Virus record (IMG/VR): IMGVR_UViG_3300032038_000003
Span: 32,001 to 96,000 of that record
Origin: a virus
Taxonomy: Duplodnaviria > Caudoviricetes
Reading direction: 5' to 3' (one strand)
DNA: 64,000 nucleotides
Position numbers and translations under genes: made by a program. The notes under the pieces were generated by a model. It was not told the origin of the DNA. It was given only the letters and a program-made list of their open reading frames with translations, and did not search any database. Shown one piece after another: positions 1 to 10,281 of the stretch. The first letter of the stretch is position 1, and every line of letters begins with the position of its first letter.

Positions 1-114
1 CTCTCTGTGATGTAAAATATGCAGAACAATCAAAAATATCCACTATCAAAAATGATGTAGTAATAGATGCTGATTTTATAGAATTGACTTAGTCTAATAA
101 CATTAGGAGGCAAT

Positions 115-555
115 ATGAGTATACGAATAAGTAAAAAGCATGGAGTAAATCCAACCATTCCAGTTTGTTTTTGGTGCGGTAAAGAAAAGAACGAAATTGC
201 CTTACTGGGTAAATTAAAAGGTGATATCGAAGCACCAAAGAACTGTGTATTGGATTATGAACCATGTGATGAATGCAAGAAGAATTGGTCATTAGGAGTA
301 GCATTGTTAGGCACGAGCAAGAAACCATTAAACGAAACATTGCCACCTATTAAGGATACTCAAGAAGAGACTTTATATCCTACTGGTCAATGGCTCGTTG
401 TAACCAAAGAAGCAGCAAAAAGATACTTTGGTGAGGTAGCCACAGAAGAGGAAATTGAAAAGGCAGACCGTATTCTTGTTGAACAGGAGTTTATTGATTA
501 TCTTAATGCCGAGTTTCTTAAAATGGCAGAAGATAACATAGAAAGCGAGGAATAA
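115..555 (+). CDS. Hypothetical Zn-binding phage protein (paralog of 43072..43548)
   Basis: AGGAGG RBS; CFWCGK and DYEPCDECK cysteine pairs and LYPTG motif shared with 43072..43548. Confidence 0.7.
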   Translation: MSIRISKKHGVNPTIPVCFWCGKEKNEIALLGKLKGDIEAPKNCVLDYEPCDECKKNWSLGVALLGTSKKPLNETLPPIKDTQEETLYPTGQWLVVTKEAAKRYFGEVATEEEIEKADRILVEQEFIDYLNAEFLKMAEDNIESEE

Positions 556-556
556 C

Positions 557-718
557 ATGGATAGTGAAGCAATTGGCAATATTATTATGGAATATTGCGA
601 GAAGCATAATATCGATCTGGAATCAACAGATATTGGCGAAGCAGTCTATCAGAATGAGAATGCATATGAAGATGCGGTAGAATACTTCGTTAAAATATTA
701 CATGAATGTCAACCGTAA
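557..718 (+). CDS. Small hypothetical protein (53 aa)
   Basis: ATG 557 to TAA 718, GAGG upstream; below the ORF-track cutoff. Confidence 0.5.
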   Translation: MDSEAIGNIIMEYCEKHNIDLESTDIGEAVYQNENAYEDAVEYFVKILHECQP

Positions 719-823
719 ACAGGACGGTCATTAGAGACCTGGCATCGAAATGTCATTATTTTTATAGCCATATTAGGTCTCTACTAACGTAGCAATCATA
801 GAAAAACGTAAAGGAGGCTTAAT

Positions 824-1243
824 ATGGCTCATAATTTTTATGCTGTAAAGCGAGGTTTTGATAAAAAACAGAATAAAGAGATAACGGACCTCATATCAAA
901 TGATTGGTATGAGGTTGCTCCTTTGGTAAAAGGATACAACGATGCCCGTTATAAAGGCTTCGACACAAAAGAAGAAGCAGAAACATGGCTCTCTGTTGTT
1001 GATAAAACAGATGCAGAAAAGAGAGCAAAGAGCACTATTGATCAAGCAAAGAAAGATATCGGTATCGAATCTGGATTACCATGGGAAGAGGCTCATGAAG
1101 ACGTTCATGCTGTTGCAGATGAATATGCAGATGCGTTGACAAAACTTCTTAAAGAGTATAAGAAAGCTAAATGGGATCTGGATGCAACTATTGGTCATCT
1201 TACTCGTGTATTGATCAATGAAGCTGAACAAGTTTATAAATAG
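824..1243 (+). CDS. RNase H1 N-terminal (viroplasmin / hybrid-binding) domain protein lacking the catalytic RNase H domain
   Basis: FYAVKRG...W.E...VKGY..ARYKGF.TKEEAE.WL signature; AAAGGAGG RBS. Confidence 0.8.
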   Translation: MAHNFYAVKRGFDKKQNKEITDLISNDWYEVAPLVKGYNDARYKGFDTKEEAETWLSVVDKTDAEKRAKSTIDQAKKDIGIESGLPWEEAHEDVHAVADEYADALTKLLKEYKKAKWDLDATIGHLTRVLINEAEQVYK

Positions 1244-1401
1244 GAGGTATGGATATGAATATTTTAACACTTATCTTAGTAGCATTTTTGTTCTATTACC
1301 TTGGATGGAAACGTTCTATCCAGGCACATAACTTATAAAATTGAATATTGTTGCTTGTAGCTTAGTAACCAAGAGGAAAGGAGGAAAAGCGTAGAAATGA
1401 G

Positions 1402-1644
1402 GTGAATATTATGATGGAAGGAAAGACTAATCTAAGTATGATTTTTAATGTGAACGGTACTGAGGTACTTGGTAGCATTAAATACAATGACAGAGATACA
1501 TTTGCAGAAATTGTTTATAAGGATAACAACCAGGAAGAAAAGGTTGCTCAAAAGCTATATAACGGTAGCCTAGATAACAAAGAGCAAATGATTTCAGAAA
1601 TAGAAAGTTTGATAGAGGAGCTGCATATTGATATTGATGAATAA
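1402..1644 (+). CDS. Hypothetical protein
   Basis: ORF with GAGG/GAGGTG upstream, followed by terminator-like hairpin. Confidence 0.55.
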   Translation: MNIMMEGKTNLSMIFNVNGTEVLGSIKYNDRDTFAEIVYKDNNQEEKVAQKLYNGSLDNKEQMISEIESLIEELHIDIDE

Positions 1645-1651
1645 GGTATGA

Positions 1652-1690
1652 TATCGGGTAGCCGTTTTGTGGCTACCCGATACTTATTTT
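1652..1690 (+). terminator. Intrinsic terminator-like hairpin
   Basis: TATCGGGTAGCC / GGCTACCCGATA inverted repeat followed by T-rich tract. Confidence 0.65.
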
Positions 1691-1708
1691 GGTGGAGAGG
1701 TATACAAT

Positions 1709-2092
1709 ATGAATCAAGATTGGCACAACTTTAAAGATAAGAAACCATCTTTTGTTACCATTGAAGAAGAAATTAAATTTTCAAATCAATTATTCTTTTT
1801 TATTGATGGAAAACTTTATATGGGATATTACACATCCTCGTTGTATTATGATGCCGATGAAGATAAGGACGAGTGGGATGAAAGTATAGAGCTTGCAAAG
1901 TATTCTTTGACAAGGTTATCTGATCAGTATATCGAGCAAGAAACTATTTACTCAAATGATTTTGAAAAACATGAGATTTACTGGCGTTCTATCGATCTTC
2001 TTGGTATTATATGTAGTGTAGATTTACAGAAAATGCAAAGAGAGGATGGTAAAAATGGTAGTATTAAGATTGGAAAACAAATTGACGGATAA
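1709..2092 (+). CDS. Hypothetical protein
   Basis: ATG 1709 after GGAGAGG; the track's TTG start lies inside the terminator hairpin. Confidence 0.55.
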   Translation: MNQDWHNFKDKKPSFVTIEEEIKFSNQLFFFIDGKLYMGYYTSSLYYDADEDKDEWDESIELAKYSLTRLSDQYIEQETIYSNDFEKHEIYWRSIDLLGIICSVDLQKMQREDGKNGSIKIGKQIDG

Positions 2093-2690
2093 AGAAGTCA
2101 AAAAGTTTAAGATTCCTAATACACTTGAACTATCAAATTTTGGTGGCGTACAATACGCTATGTGTCTTGGTGCTATATATAGAGATAACAACAAGAACTA
2201 TCAGTATCTCCCAGAGTATTCTATGGGATACATCAATAGTGATATTACACCAACAAAGCTTATTAGTTTTTGTGAACTTCACAAGGATCTTATTATTAAA
2301 GACAAAACATATGTGAATGGTCATTTTGCTAATATCTATTACATTAAATATATTCGAGATGAAAAGCCTATGTTGGTTAACGAATATGTTAATTTTAATC
2401 GAAATTTTGTCGATTTAGAACTAACATTTAATGAAAATGGATATTACAGCGTCAACGAACTTCACATTGATTTGTCACCTAACACTTCTATTATTAGAGC
2501 GATAGAATCGTTGTTTTCTAACGAAAACATTGAGGCTATTCCTTTTATCTCTACCGACAATAATAATTATTATATTTCTTACTATGATGATTACGGTAGA
2601 GAGAAGAAATATCGCTATCAGAATATTATACAGATATTTGACCGCATTGTTAATGTACGGTTAATAGGCTGTAAAGAAGTGGAGAGTTGA
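2046..2690 (+). CDS. Hypothetical protein
   Basis: 214-aa ORF in co-directional run. Confidence 0.6.
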   Translation: MVKMVVLRLENKLTDKEVKKFKIPNTLELSNFGGVQYAMCLGAIYRDNNKNYQYLPEYSMGYINSDITPTKLISFCELHKDLIIKDKTYVNGHFANIYYIKYIRDEKPMLVNEYVNFNRNFVDLELTFNENGYYSVNELHIDLSPNTSIIRAIESLFSNENIEAIPFISTDNNNYYISYYDDYGREKKYRYQNIIQIFDRIVNVRLIGCKEVES

Positions 2691-2879
2691 ATGAAAAGAG
2701 AACAGATACTAAAGGCAATTGCTGATCTTGCAAGAAGCCAGGGTTTTTATGGCAGACTTTTAATGAATCTTACTAATTTACAAAGTAATGATCCAGAAAA
2801 ATACGAGAAAGCAATGTCTGAATTAGAAGCAAAGAACTTCAAAGATGAACTGGAATTGATACTGTATCTCGAAACATAG
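2691..2879 (+). CDS. Small hypothetical protein
   Basis: Abuts upstream stop, GGAG RBS. Confidence 0.6.
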   Translation: MKREQILKAIADLARSQGFYGRLLMNLTNLQSNDPEKYEKAMSELEAKNFKDELELILYLET

Positions 2880-2891
2880 GAGGAAATATTT

Positions 2892-4676
2892 ATGCTAATC
2901 GTATCTCAATTACCAAGTGGTCATTTGAGTATTAAATGTGATTATTATTATCGTGATAGGATACATAGTGTTCCTACCGCATATTTTAATCCCAGTTTAA
3001 AACAATGGATGATAGAACCTTATATGCTTGGATATCTTGAGAACGAATTTAAAGGCGAACTTGTTTATAAAACGCCACGTTGGGTGATTTTAAACGAGCC
3101 TATGCCAGATATGTCCGAGATGTACAAGATATCTGATACAAGTATTAAATGTCCAGCATTAAAGCTCAAACCATTTGATTATCAAGATTATGGTGTACGC
3201 TTTATGATCGATAAGATTTTGCAGAACAATATGGTTCTAAACTCAGATGACGTTGGATTAGGAAAAACGATACAGACCATTGGTACTTTAAAATGGTTTA
3301 TTGATAATAAAGGATTTACCAAGATTCTTATTATCTGTAAGAAATCAATCAAAAGACAGTGGAAAGAAGAAATTGAAAAGTTTACAGACTTACAGAAAGA
3401 TTTTACATTACTTTATACTGGAGAAACAGCCGCTAAGCGTAAAAAGGCATATAAAGATTTTCAGAACGCCAATAAGGGCGTACTTATTACTAATTATCAT
3501 AGTTTTTTAAATGATACAGAGATAATTAAAATGCTTAATTACGATATGGTTGTTATCGATGAAGTACATTCTGTAAAAGCAAGAACTGGTAAATTGAATA
3601 ATAATATAGCATCTGCTGTACAAGGAAAACCAGTTATCTTTTTGACTGGTACTCCTGTTATGTCAAAACCAGAAGATATATTTGGTATTATTCAGATTGC
3701 CAATCCAGATTATTTTGGTCCGTGGAAAGAATTTTCTAAAGAGTATCTCGTTGGTACAATGACCAATTTTGGTTATAAGGTAGTAGGTGCAAAACACCTG
3801 GACGAACTACGAGACAAAGTACAGAACATCCTAATTCGTAGAACACGCTATGAAGTGTCTATTGATCTTCCAGAAACAAATATCGTAAAGATATCTTGTG
3901 ATATGGATGCTGTACAGTATAAGTTACTAAAGATGATATCCGAAGAAACTCTTGAATTAAATGATCAAATGAATCGTTTAAAAGGACCAGATGGAAAGAT
4001 TAAGAATCAACAATTATATGATGCACTTGAAGGGCGTTCTAAAGGTCTTATTGCTGCAAGACAGGCAGCAAGTACAGATCCACGTATGTTCTGGTACTCT
4101 AACTCTAAAATGATGAAAGAGAAATATGGAGCAGAAGTACCAAAGACATATAAGATGTCAAGCAAGGCAGAATCTATTGTGGATACAGTCGAAGATATTA
4201 TTCAGAGTGGTAATAAAGTAATTTTATTTTCAAAATTTGTTACTTCGGCAAAGTTAGTAGCACAAGATATTTATGACAAGTTAAAGATTCCTGTATTGAT
4301 GTACACTGGTTTAGAAAACCAGGATACAAGAGATAACAATGTTAATCTCTTTAAAGAATCTGTAGACCATAATATTCTCATTGGTACTGATGCTATGGCT
4401 GAAGGGTTAAATCTTCAAGTAGCTAATTATGTTATTAATATAGACCAGCCAGATACAAATGCTATCAAAGAACAGCGTATCGGTCGTGTACGTAGAGCTG
4501 GATCTAAATTTAATAATGTTACAGTATACGATATGATTACTGCCAACGGAATGAATATGAAATCGAAAGATGAAGAGCGTCTTGAGAATATCGAAAAGAA
4601 TAAAGATTTATCAGATGCTTTGATTTCTATTGATGAAGCACAGAGACAAGCTTTAATTACAGCAATGAAGAGGTAA
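2892..4676 (+). CDS. SNF2/SWI2-family helicase (SF2)
   Basis: DDVGLGKT (I), DEVH (II), LTGTP (III), AEGLNLQ (V), QRIGRVRR (VI). Confidence 0.93.
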   Translation: MLIVSQLPSGHLSIKCDYYYRDRIHSVPTAYFNPSLKQWMIEPYMLGYLENEFKGELVYKTPRWVILNEPMPDMSEMYKISDTSIKCPALKLKPFDYQDYGVRFMIDKILQNNMVLNSDDVGLGKTIQTIGTLKWFIDNKGFTKILIICKKSIKRQWKEEIEKFTDLQKDFTLLYTGETAAKRKKAYKDFQNANKGVLITNYHSFLNDTEIIKMLNYDMVVIDEVHSVKARTGKLNNNIASAVQGKPVIFLTGTPVMSKPEDIFGIIQIANPDYFGPWKEFSKEYLVGTMTNFGYKVVGAKHLDELRDKVQNILIRRTRYEVSIDLPETNIVKISCDMDAVQYKLLKMISEETLELNDQMNRLKGPDGKIKNQQLYDALEGRSKGLIAARQAASTDPRMFWYSNSKMMKEKYGAEVPKTYKMSSKAESIVDTVEDIIQSGNKVILFSKFVTSAKLVAQDIYDKLKIPVLMYTGLENQDTRDNNVNLFKESVDHNILIGTDAMAEGLNLQVANYVINIDQPDTNAIKEQRIGRVRRAGSKFNNVTVYDMITANGMNMKSKDEERLENIEKNKDLSDALISIDEAQRQALITAMKR

Positions 4677-4722
4677 TCTTTGACACTGATATATATAATT
4701 TGACTGGAAGGGAGAATGACTA

Positions 4723-4914
4723 ATGTACGGTGTTCTTGAACCAACCGAGGCACAATTGAGTTTCGTTAAAGATATATGTGACGTACTCAACGTTGATGAA
4801 CCAGAAGAGTTTACGAGAGAAGCATACTCAGATTTTATTTCTGAATACAAGGATCAGCTGTATAATAAAAGAGCAACCAATAGATATAATGACCAGTTTA
4901 TATTCTGGCGTTAA
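4723..4914 (+). CDS. Small hypothetical protein
   Basis: GGGAG RBS, co-directional. Confidence 0.5.
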   Translation: MYGVLEPTEAQLSFVKDICDVLNVDEPEEFTREAYSDFISEYKDQLYNKRATNRYNDQFIFWR

Positions 4915-4932
4915 AGAGAAGGAGAACGGAGT

Positions 4933-5253
4933 ATGATCAAGAGTAATGTTTTTTATGTAGCCTCTGAAAAGACCGTGTATGTTTGTTGGGAAAAGATAAA
5001 CGGTTTATCTGGTTATACTATTTATCGTAATGGCGTAGAGTTAGCAGATTCAGAAACAAGTGATTTTGTTCGCCCCTATGAATTTGATAATGATCATCAT
5101 ACAGAATTGTTTAAGCCAGCAACGAGAAATTGGTTGTATTTTAAAGACCATTCCGTACAAGGTTTACAGCATTATAAGTATCAAATCGTAGGGAAAGGAG
5201 GACATACCTCTGAATCATATGAGTCATTACTAACAGAGGTATATACAGAATAA
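4933..5253 (+). CDS. Hypothetical protein, possible fibronectin type III-like domain
   Basis: V.WEK....GYTIYRNG...YFKD..V......YKYQIV pattern. Confidence 0.5.
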   Translation: MIKSNVFYVASEKTVYVCWEKINGLSGYTIYRNGVELADSETSDFVRPYEFDNDHHTELFKPATRNWLYFKDHSVQGLQHYKYQIVGKGGHTSESYESLLTEVYTE

Positions 5254-5561
5254 TGACATTTGCTAAAGTACATGAAGTTTTACGATTTATTGATGCTATT
5301 AAAGGAAGGTATCCTTATGAAATTGAGGATACCTTTTCTAATGGCTTTTGTTATTGGTTCGCAAAAATGTTGGAATTAAGATTTGGAGGTACTATTTATT
5401 ATAATCCCGATATTATTCATTTTGCGACCCTTATAGAAGAACAACTATTTGATATTACAGGCTTAATTGAAGTTGGTGACAACTGGTTTAACTGGGAAGA
5501 TTATCAATCACGTAATGATACTTCAGCCATTTATCATAGTTGTATTCTTAAAGACCAATAA
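5253..5561 (+). CDS. Hypothetical protein with putative Cys-His-Asp (papain/transglutaminase-like) triad
   Basis: GFCYWFA...HFAT...LFDITG. Confidence 0.5.
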   Translation: MTFAKVHEVLRFIDAIKGRYPYEIEDTFSNGFCYWFAKMLELRFGGTIYYNPDIIHFATLIEEQLFDITGLIEVGDNWFNWEDYQSRNDTSAIYHSCILKDQ

Positions 5562-5619
5562 AGTCTTCGCCTATCGGCGTATTTTTGGATTTCAAAAATA
5601 CAGAAAGGAGCATGTTTGA

Positions 5620-6378
5620 ATGTTAGAAATCGTTGATATTGGTTTCACTTTGGATTTCACAACTTTTCATAATGTTGTTGACGAAGTAATATCGGACGAA
5701 TCTTCAAGAACTGGAATTGGCTTTGACTGGAGCGATAAAGAAGCTCATTTAAGTAAAAGCAATAAAAATGTATATAAAATTACATTTACCAATCTTGACA
5801 GCAGTAACACGATTGACTTGGTTGCAAGTAAAGTAGCAAGTGGAATACAATTCGAACCAATCGAATTAAGAAACTATAATAATACATTTTATAAATGGAA
5901 TTATGAGGACGATGATTTAATGCAAGTAATGTTACTTGCTTTAAAGAAGAGTGCATTAAAAGCCAAAGGAAACTTTGGATGTATTTTCGACGGTCAATAT
6001 ACCCTTGTAAAAGACGGTAGAGATATGTCCACACATGTTGCTGGTTTGGCAATAATTGATGATCGAGGAAAGGTATATCATCTGAAACACGGTCAGAACC
6101 TTGACGAAGAAGATGATGATAATACAATAGGATATGTTCCAAAGTACTTGATTAATGACTGGTTGGACGAGAATCCACAGTTTCAAGCAAAACTACAGAC
6201 AATACCAAAGATTGATCAGTTCGAGATGATGGCACAGTTTGCCGTATATCAGAAAAGAAAGAATATGTTAACAGCTGATCAGTTTAGAGATGTATTGTTA
6301 CAAGTAGGTACTTTTGCAGAAATGATAGGTGGTTTCAAAGATGAATCTATCAAGAGCATCTATCAATTTTTTGTATAA
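5620..6378 (+). CDS. Hypothetical protein
   Basis: 252-aa ORF, AAAGGAG RBS. Confidence 0.65.
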   Translation: MLEIVDIGFTLDFTTFHNVVDEVISDESSRTGIGFDWSDKEAHLSKSNKNVYKITFTNLDSSNTIDLVASKVASGIQFEPIELRNYNNTFYKWNYEDDDLMQVMLLALKKSALKAKGNFGCIFDGQYTLVKDGRDMSTHVAGLAIIDDRGKVYHLKHGQNLDEEDDDNTIGYVPKYLINDWLDENPQFQAKLQTIPKIDQFEMMAQFAVYQKRKNMLTADQFRDVLLQVGTFAEMIGGFKDESIKSIYQFFV

Positions 6379-6384
6379 AGGAGA

Positions 6385-7836
6385 ATGAAACACATGAATA
6401 ACGAAGATAAAGGAGAAAAGACAATGGAATCATCAGCAGCACTGAATTTTGGTGGACTTGACAGCATGTTTGATGACATGTTTACACCAGCACCACAGAA
6501 GACAGTCGAAGAAAATAAAACAGAACAGAAAGAACTTACCGCAGAAGAGACACAGGAGTTACAGGGAAAGGTAGAAAATATTTCCAGTGTGAATATTGAT
6601 ACAGCCTTAAGCAAGCTTACAAATATCGAGGTAGAACTGAACAACGAGTTCGTAGAAAGAAACGAACTTATTAAGATTATGTTACTTTCAGTGGTTACCA
6701 GCTCTAACCTTTTAATGCTTGGCCCTCCTGGTACTGCTAAGTCATTAATTAGTAGAGCAATGTGTAACCGTATCGACAACTCTAACTATTTTGAGTGGCT
6801 CTTAAATAAATCTTCTGATCCAGCAGAATTGCTTGGTACTTTCTCTATTAAGGGAATGGAAAATGATCAGTTTAAGAGAATGACTGCTGGTAAGTTACCA
6901 GAGGCAAATATTGCCTTCATCGATGAAGTATATAAGTGTAATTCACCTACTCTTAATGCATTGTTAAGTATTATGAATGAGCACGTATTCTTCAATGATG
7001 GTAAGCCAGTAGATGTTCCTTTGATTTCTATGTTTGCAGCTTCAAATGAGCCACCAGAGGACGATAGCCTTCTGGCAATGCATGATAGATTCTTATTTAG
7101 AATCGAAGTTGAGTATGTTCATGATGCCGCTAATAAGAAGAGAATGTTCAACAATTACATCTATGATCGTGCTGGCGTTGCAACAAACAAGGCACATACT
7201 ACTATTACGGTAGAAGAACTTGAAGCATTACAGGCTAAGGCAAGAACCATTCCTGTACCAAAGGCAATCATCAACAAGTTCATTTCGTTAATGAACGGTC
7301 TTCAGAAGAATGCTACTATTTCTATTTCTGATAGACGTGCAAATGAATGCTTTAAGGTATTACAGGGTTCTGCATTGCTTAACGGACGTAACAAGGTTGG
7401 TCTTGATGACTTCAATGCATTGAAGTATGTTCTCTGGGAGAAGAAAGAGGACATTGATACTATCGGTGCAGAAATTAGCAAAATCGTTAATCCTTATGAT
7501 GAAGAATTTGCTAAGTTCACAAGACAGTTCAATGAAGTTAAGGATAAGATTGAATCCAGCAGCGACATTAAGGACAGAAACCAGGCATACTTCCAGTATC
7601 AGAATTCTATTAAGAATACTATCGGAAGAATGAATAAGCTGATTTCTGAGGCATCCACAAGTGGTAAGGATGTTACTGAGTTCGCTAAGTTCCGTGACGA
7701 AATCGTATCTTATCATACAAACCTTGCAAATGAAATTCTTGGTGGTACATTAGGTAATTCATTTAACAGTGTAACACTCGATTCAGATATCGATAATGTC
7801 AATAACGACACAGATTCTGATGACGAGAATTTCTAA
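6385..7836 (+). CDS. MoxR/RavA-family AAA+ ATPase
   Basis: Walker A GPPGTAKS, Walker B FIDEVYK, ASNE sensor I, A(M)HDRF arginine finger, ISDRR; adjacent VWA gene. Confidence 0.9.
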   Translation: MKHMNNEDKGEKTMESSAALNFGGLDSMFDDMFTPAPQKTVEENKTEQKELTAEETQELQGKVENISSVNIDTALSKLTNIEVELNNEFVERNELIKIMLLSVVTSSNLLMLGPPGTAKSLISRAMCNRIDNSNYFEWLLNKSSDPAELLGTFSIKGMENDQFKRMTAGKLPEANIAFIDEVYKCNSPTLNALLSIMNEHVFFNDGKPVDVPLISMFAASNEPPEDDSLLAMHDRFLFRIEVEYVHDAANKKRMFNNYIYDRAGVATNKAHTTITVEELEALQAKARTIPVPKAIINKFISLMNGLQKNATISISDRRANECFKVLQGSALLNGRNKVGLDDFNALKYVLWEKKEDIDTIGAEISKIVNPYDEEFAKFTRQFNEVKDKIESSSDIKDRNQAYFQYQNSIKNTIGRMNKLISEASTSGKDVTEFAKFRDEIVSYHTNLANEILGGTLGNSFNSVTLDSDIDNVNNDTDSDDENF

Positions 7837-7851
7837 TTTGTAACTAACTCT

Positions 7852-7889
7852 TGTGGTTCGTAAGAGAAATCTTACGAACCACATTTTTA
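7852..7889 (+). terminator. Intrinsic terminator between the AAA and VWA genes
   Basis: TGTGGTTCGTAAGA / TCTTACGAACCACA perfect 14-bp stem followed by TTTTT. Confidence 0.75.
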
Positions 7890-7902
7890 TTGGAGGTAAC
7901 AT

Positions 7903-9729
7903 ATGGCATTAGATTTGAATGCGTTTTTTAATAATCTGAAGTCATATACGGTAGACGACGATGATAATACACAAGCAGATGGAAACCAGATGGATCCAGC
8001 TTTGTATAATAAAAGTCTATCTGATATGACAGAAGAAGAAAAAGAACAATTCTATGAATCTAAAGACTATAAGGAATATAGTGCTGGTACAGAGATTTTC
8101 AATGACAGCTATTCTGTTAATTATAGCGGTAAGAATGTACAGGAAATCTTTGGACTGTCTGGTAAATCCAATAAGTATTCGTATAACTGTTTTGAGTTTC
8201 TTGAAACAGATCACGAAGACTATCTTGATATCGTAGATTTCTCTCCAGAAATGCAGAATACTATTGCAGAAGGAGAAGCTTTACTGCCAACATTTAAATA
8301 TCTTCATGAAGATATTTTTATGTCTTTATATCAGTATAATGCTACGGTATTACCGCCAGAACGTATGCACATCCAGTCTTGGATGAATAGAAATATTTTA
8401 AGTCAGTTAATCAATACACCAGTATTCATTACATTAAGAAAGACTTGTCGTTGTGACTTGTTCAATGCTGGTATTGGTACTGAAATCATTGGTAAACAGG
8501 CCATTGAAATTCTTAAGAAAGAACTTGCAAAGATTAAGGATTTTCAGAAAAAGAAAGATGCTCTTGAAAAGCTTGTTGAACAAGAAGAACAGATGGACTC
8601 TCTTGCAGAAGACCTTGATGAAATGGAAGAGCTTCTTGATGAAATGCGTATGAGTGGTCAGGAAGGTTCTCAAGAGTTCGAAGAATTACAAGAGCAGTAT
8701 AACAATGGTGAAATGAATCTACAGCAAGCAAGAGCTGTTGCAGAGCAGATGGCACAGGATTGTGAGGAGCTTGTTGAGACAACTGATGACCTTGTAGATA
8801 ACTTTACTGTACAGATGGATAATTCTATTATTAACGCAACATCTGAAGTACAGCAAGTGTCTGATTATGTACAAGCGTGGGGGTTAGGAGAAGGCAGTGA
8901 CATTAAAATACCATTCGGTTTAAAGAGGTCAGCACTTGAGCGTATCAGAAATTCAGAGTATTTGCGTAAGTTTACCGATATGATTGGTAAATATAAAGAA
9001 TGTGCAGTAACTGAACAGAAAAAGAAAGTAAAGGCTTCTGCCATTGAAATCAAATCTGTTAAGGTTGGCGATAAGATTGAAGATGCATTGCCATCTGATA
9101 AGTTAAATCTTTGTAATAATATTACAAAGAAAGACTTTTATCGTCGTATGACTCAAGGACAGCTTATGTCTTATGACAAGGAATCACAGAAGCAGAAGAA
9201 TAAAGGTCCGATTATCGTATGTATTGACCAGTCTGGTTCAATGCAAGGTGATAAAGATATGTGGGCTAAAGCATTGGCTGTAGGTATTCTTGAAGTTGCA
9301 CAGTTACAGAAGCGAGAGTTTGCTTGTATTCCTTATGATAGTAGATGTCGTAAGACTACTATTATTCACAAGGACGAAATCAGTCCAGATAAGATTATCG
9401 GTATTGCAGAAGAAAGAGCAACTGGTGGTACTGATTTCGAATCACCATTGAAAGAAGCATCTAAACTTATTGAAGATTCTAACTTCAAAGAGGCAGACGT
9501 TGTATTTATTACTGATGGTGATTGTTGCGTATCTGATGAATTCAGACGTAAGTTTAAGCAGTTAAAGGAAGACAAAGAGTTCCGTACTATGGGTGTTCTT
9601 GTTGATTACGGATATACATCCAGAACTACTCTCAATGATTTCTGCGACTCTGTAACTACTGTAAGTAAGATTGCAGATGCAAAGAATGCAAATTCTGATG
9701 TAAACAAAATGATCTTTGGTTCGTTGTAA
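7903..9729 (+). CDS. VWA (MIDAS) domain protein, ViaA-like
   Basis: IVCIDQSGSM (DxSxS), GGTDF, FITDG motifs; N-terminal acidic coiled coil. Confidence 0.9.
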   Translation: MALDLNAFFNNLKSYTVDDDDNTQADGNQMDPALYNKSLSDMTEEEKEQFYESKDYKEYSAGTEIFNDSYSVNYSGKNVQEIFGLSGKSNKYSYNCFEFLETDHEDYLDIVDFSPEMQNTIAEGEALLPTFKYLHEDIFMSLYQYNATVLPPERMHIQSWMNRNILSQLINTPVFITLRKTCRCDLFNAGIGTEIIGKQAIEILKKELAKIKDFQKKKDALEKLVEQEEQMDSLAEDLDEMEELLDEMRMSGQEGSQEFEELQEQYNNGEMNLQQARAVAEQMAQDCEELVETTDDLVDNFTVQMDNSIINATSEVQQVSDYVQAWGLGEGSDIKIPFGLKRSALERIRNSEYLRKFTDMIGKYKECAVTEQKKKVKASAIEIKSVKVGDKIEDALPSDKLNLCNNITKKDFYRRMTQGQLMSYDKESQKQKNKGPIIVCIDQSGSMQGDKDMWAKALAVGILEVAQLQKREFACIPYDSRCRKTTIIHKDEISPDKIIGIAEERATGGTDFESPLKEASKLIEDSNFKEADVVFITDGDCCVSDEFRRKFKQLKEDKEFRTMGVLVDYGYTSRTTLNDFCDSVTTVSKIADAKNANSDVNKMIFGSL

Positions 9730-9790
9730 TATCAAACCCACCAGCAGATACGCTGGTGGGTATTTCAATCGAGAGGAGAATTATAGTGAT
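9698..9790 (+). repeat. 93-bp direct repeat, copy 1 (3' end of VWA gene + terminator + RBS)
   Basis: Matches 11223..11315 except for an inverted 6-nt loop and two substitutions. Confidence 0.92.
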
Positions 9791-9936
9791 ACTTCTTTAC
9801 CAATGATTTTTGAAGACCTTATCAGAGTAAATAAAATCTGGTAAGGTATTTCTTTTGAAAGTCTTGTATGGTAAAATATATTAACGAGGTAGATAAAAAA
9901 CTACCAGTAAGACAGTGAAAAGGAGGTAAGTGAGTT

Positions 9937-10278
9937 ATGGCAATCCAGAGTTTAGTGTCAAATGCAAGTATCATGATGACAGTGGTTGCTGTATTATGCA
10001 CTTTAATTTCTGTCATTACAGAGTTCACCAAAGAGATAGGTTTTCTTAAAAAGATACCTACTGATTTGCAGGTGTTAGTGTTATCACTAATTGTGTGTAT
10101 TGTTGCTTTCTTCGCTTATATCTCTTATGCAGGTATTCCTTTTGTGTGGTATTACCTTGTTGCAGTTATTTTTGCAAGTTTTATTGTTGCAATCATCTGT
10201 ACAAAGGGTTGGGAATATCTGATAGAGATTTGGAAGAGATATTACAAAAAGGATTCAACAGTTAGAAAGGAGACTTGA
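9937..10278 (+). CDS. Putative holin (about 3 TM helices)
   Basis: Hydrophobic segments, basic C-terminus, immediately upstream of endolysin; AGGAGGT RBS. Confidence 0.75.
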   Translation: MAIQSLVSNASIMMTVVAVLCTLISVITEFTKEIGFLKKIPTDLQVLVLSLIVCIVAFFAYISYAGIPFVWYYLVAVIFASFIVAIICTKGWEYLIEIWKRYYKKDSTVRKET

Positions 10279-10281
10279 TAA

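Noticed and set aside
4680-4700. TTGACA and TATAAT close together upstream of 4723
   Set aside because: The spacer is far shorter than 16-18 bp, so this pair cannot form a canonical promoter.
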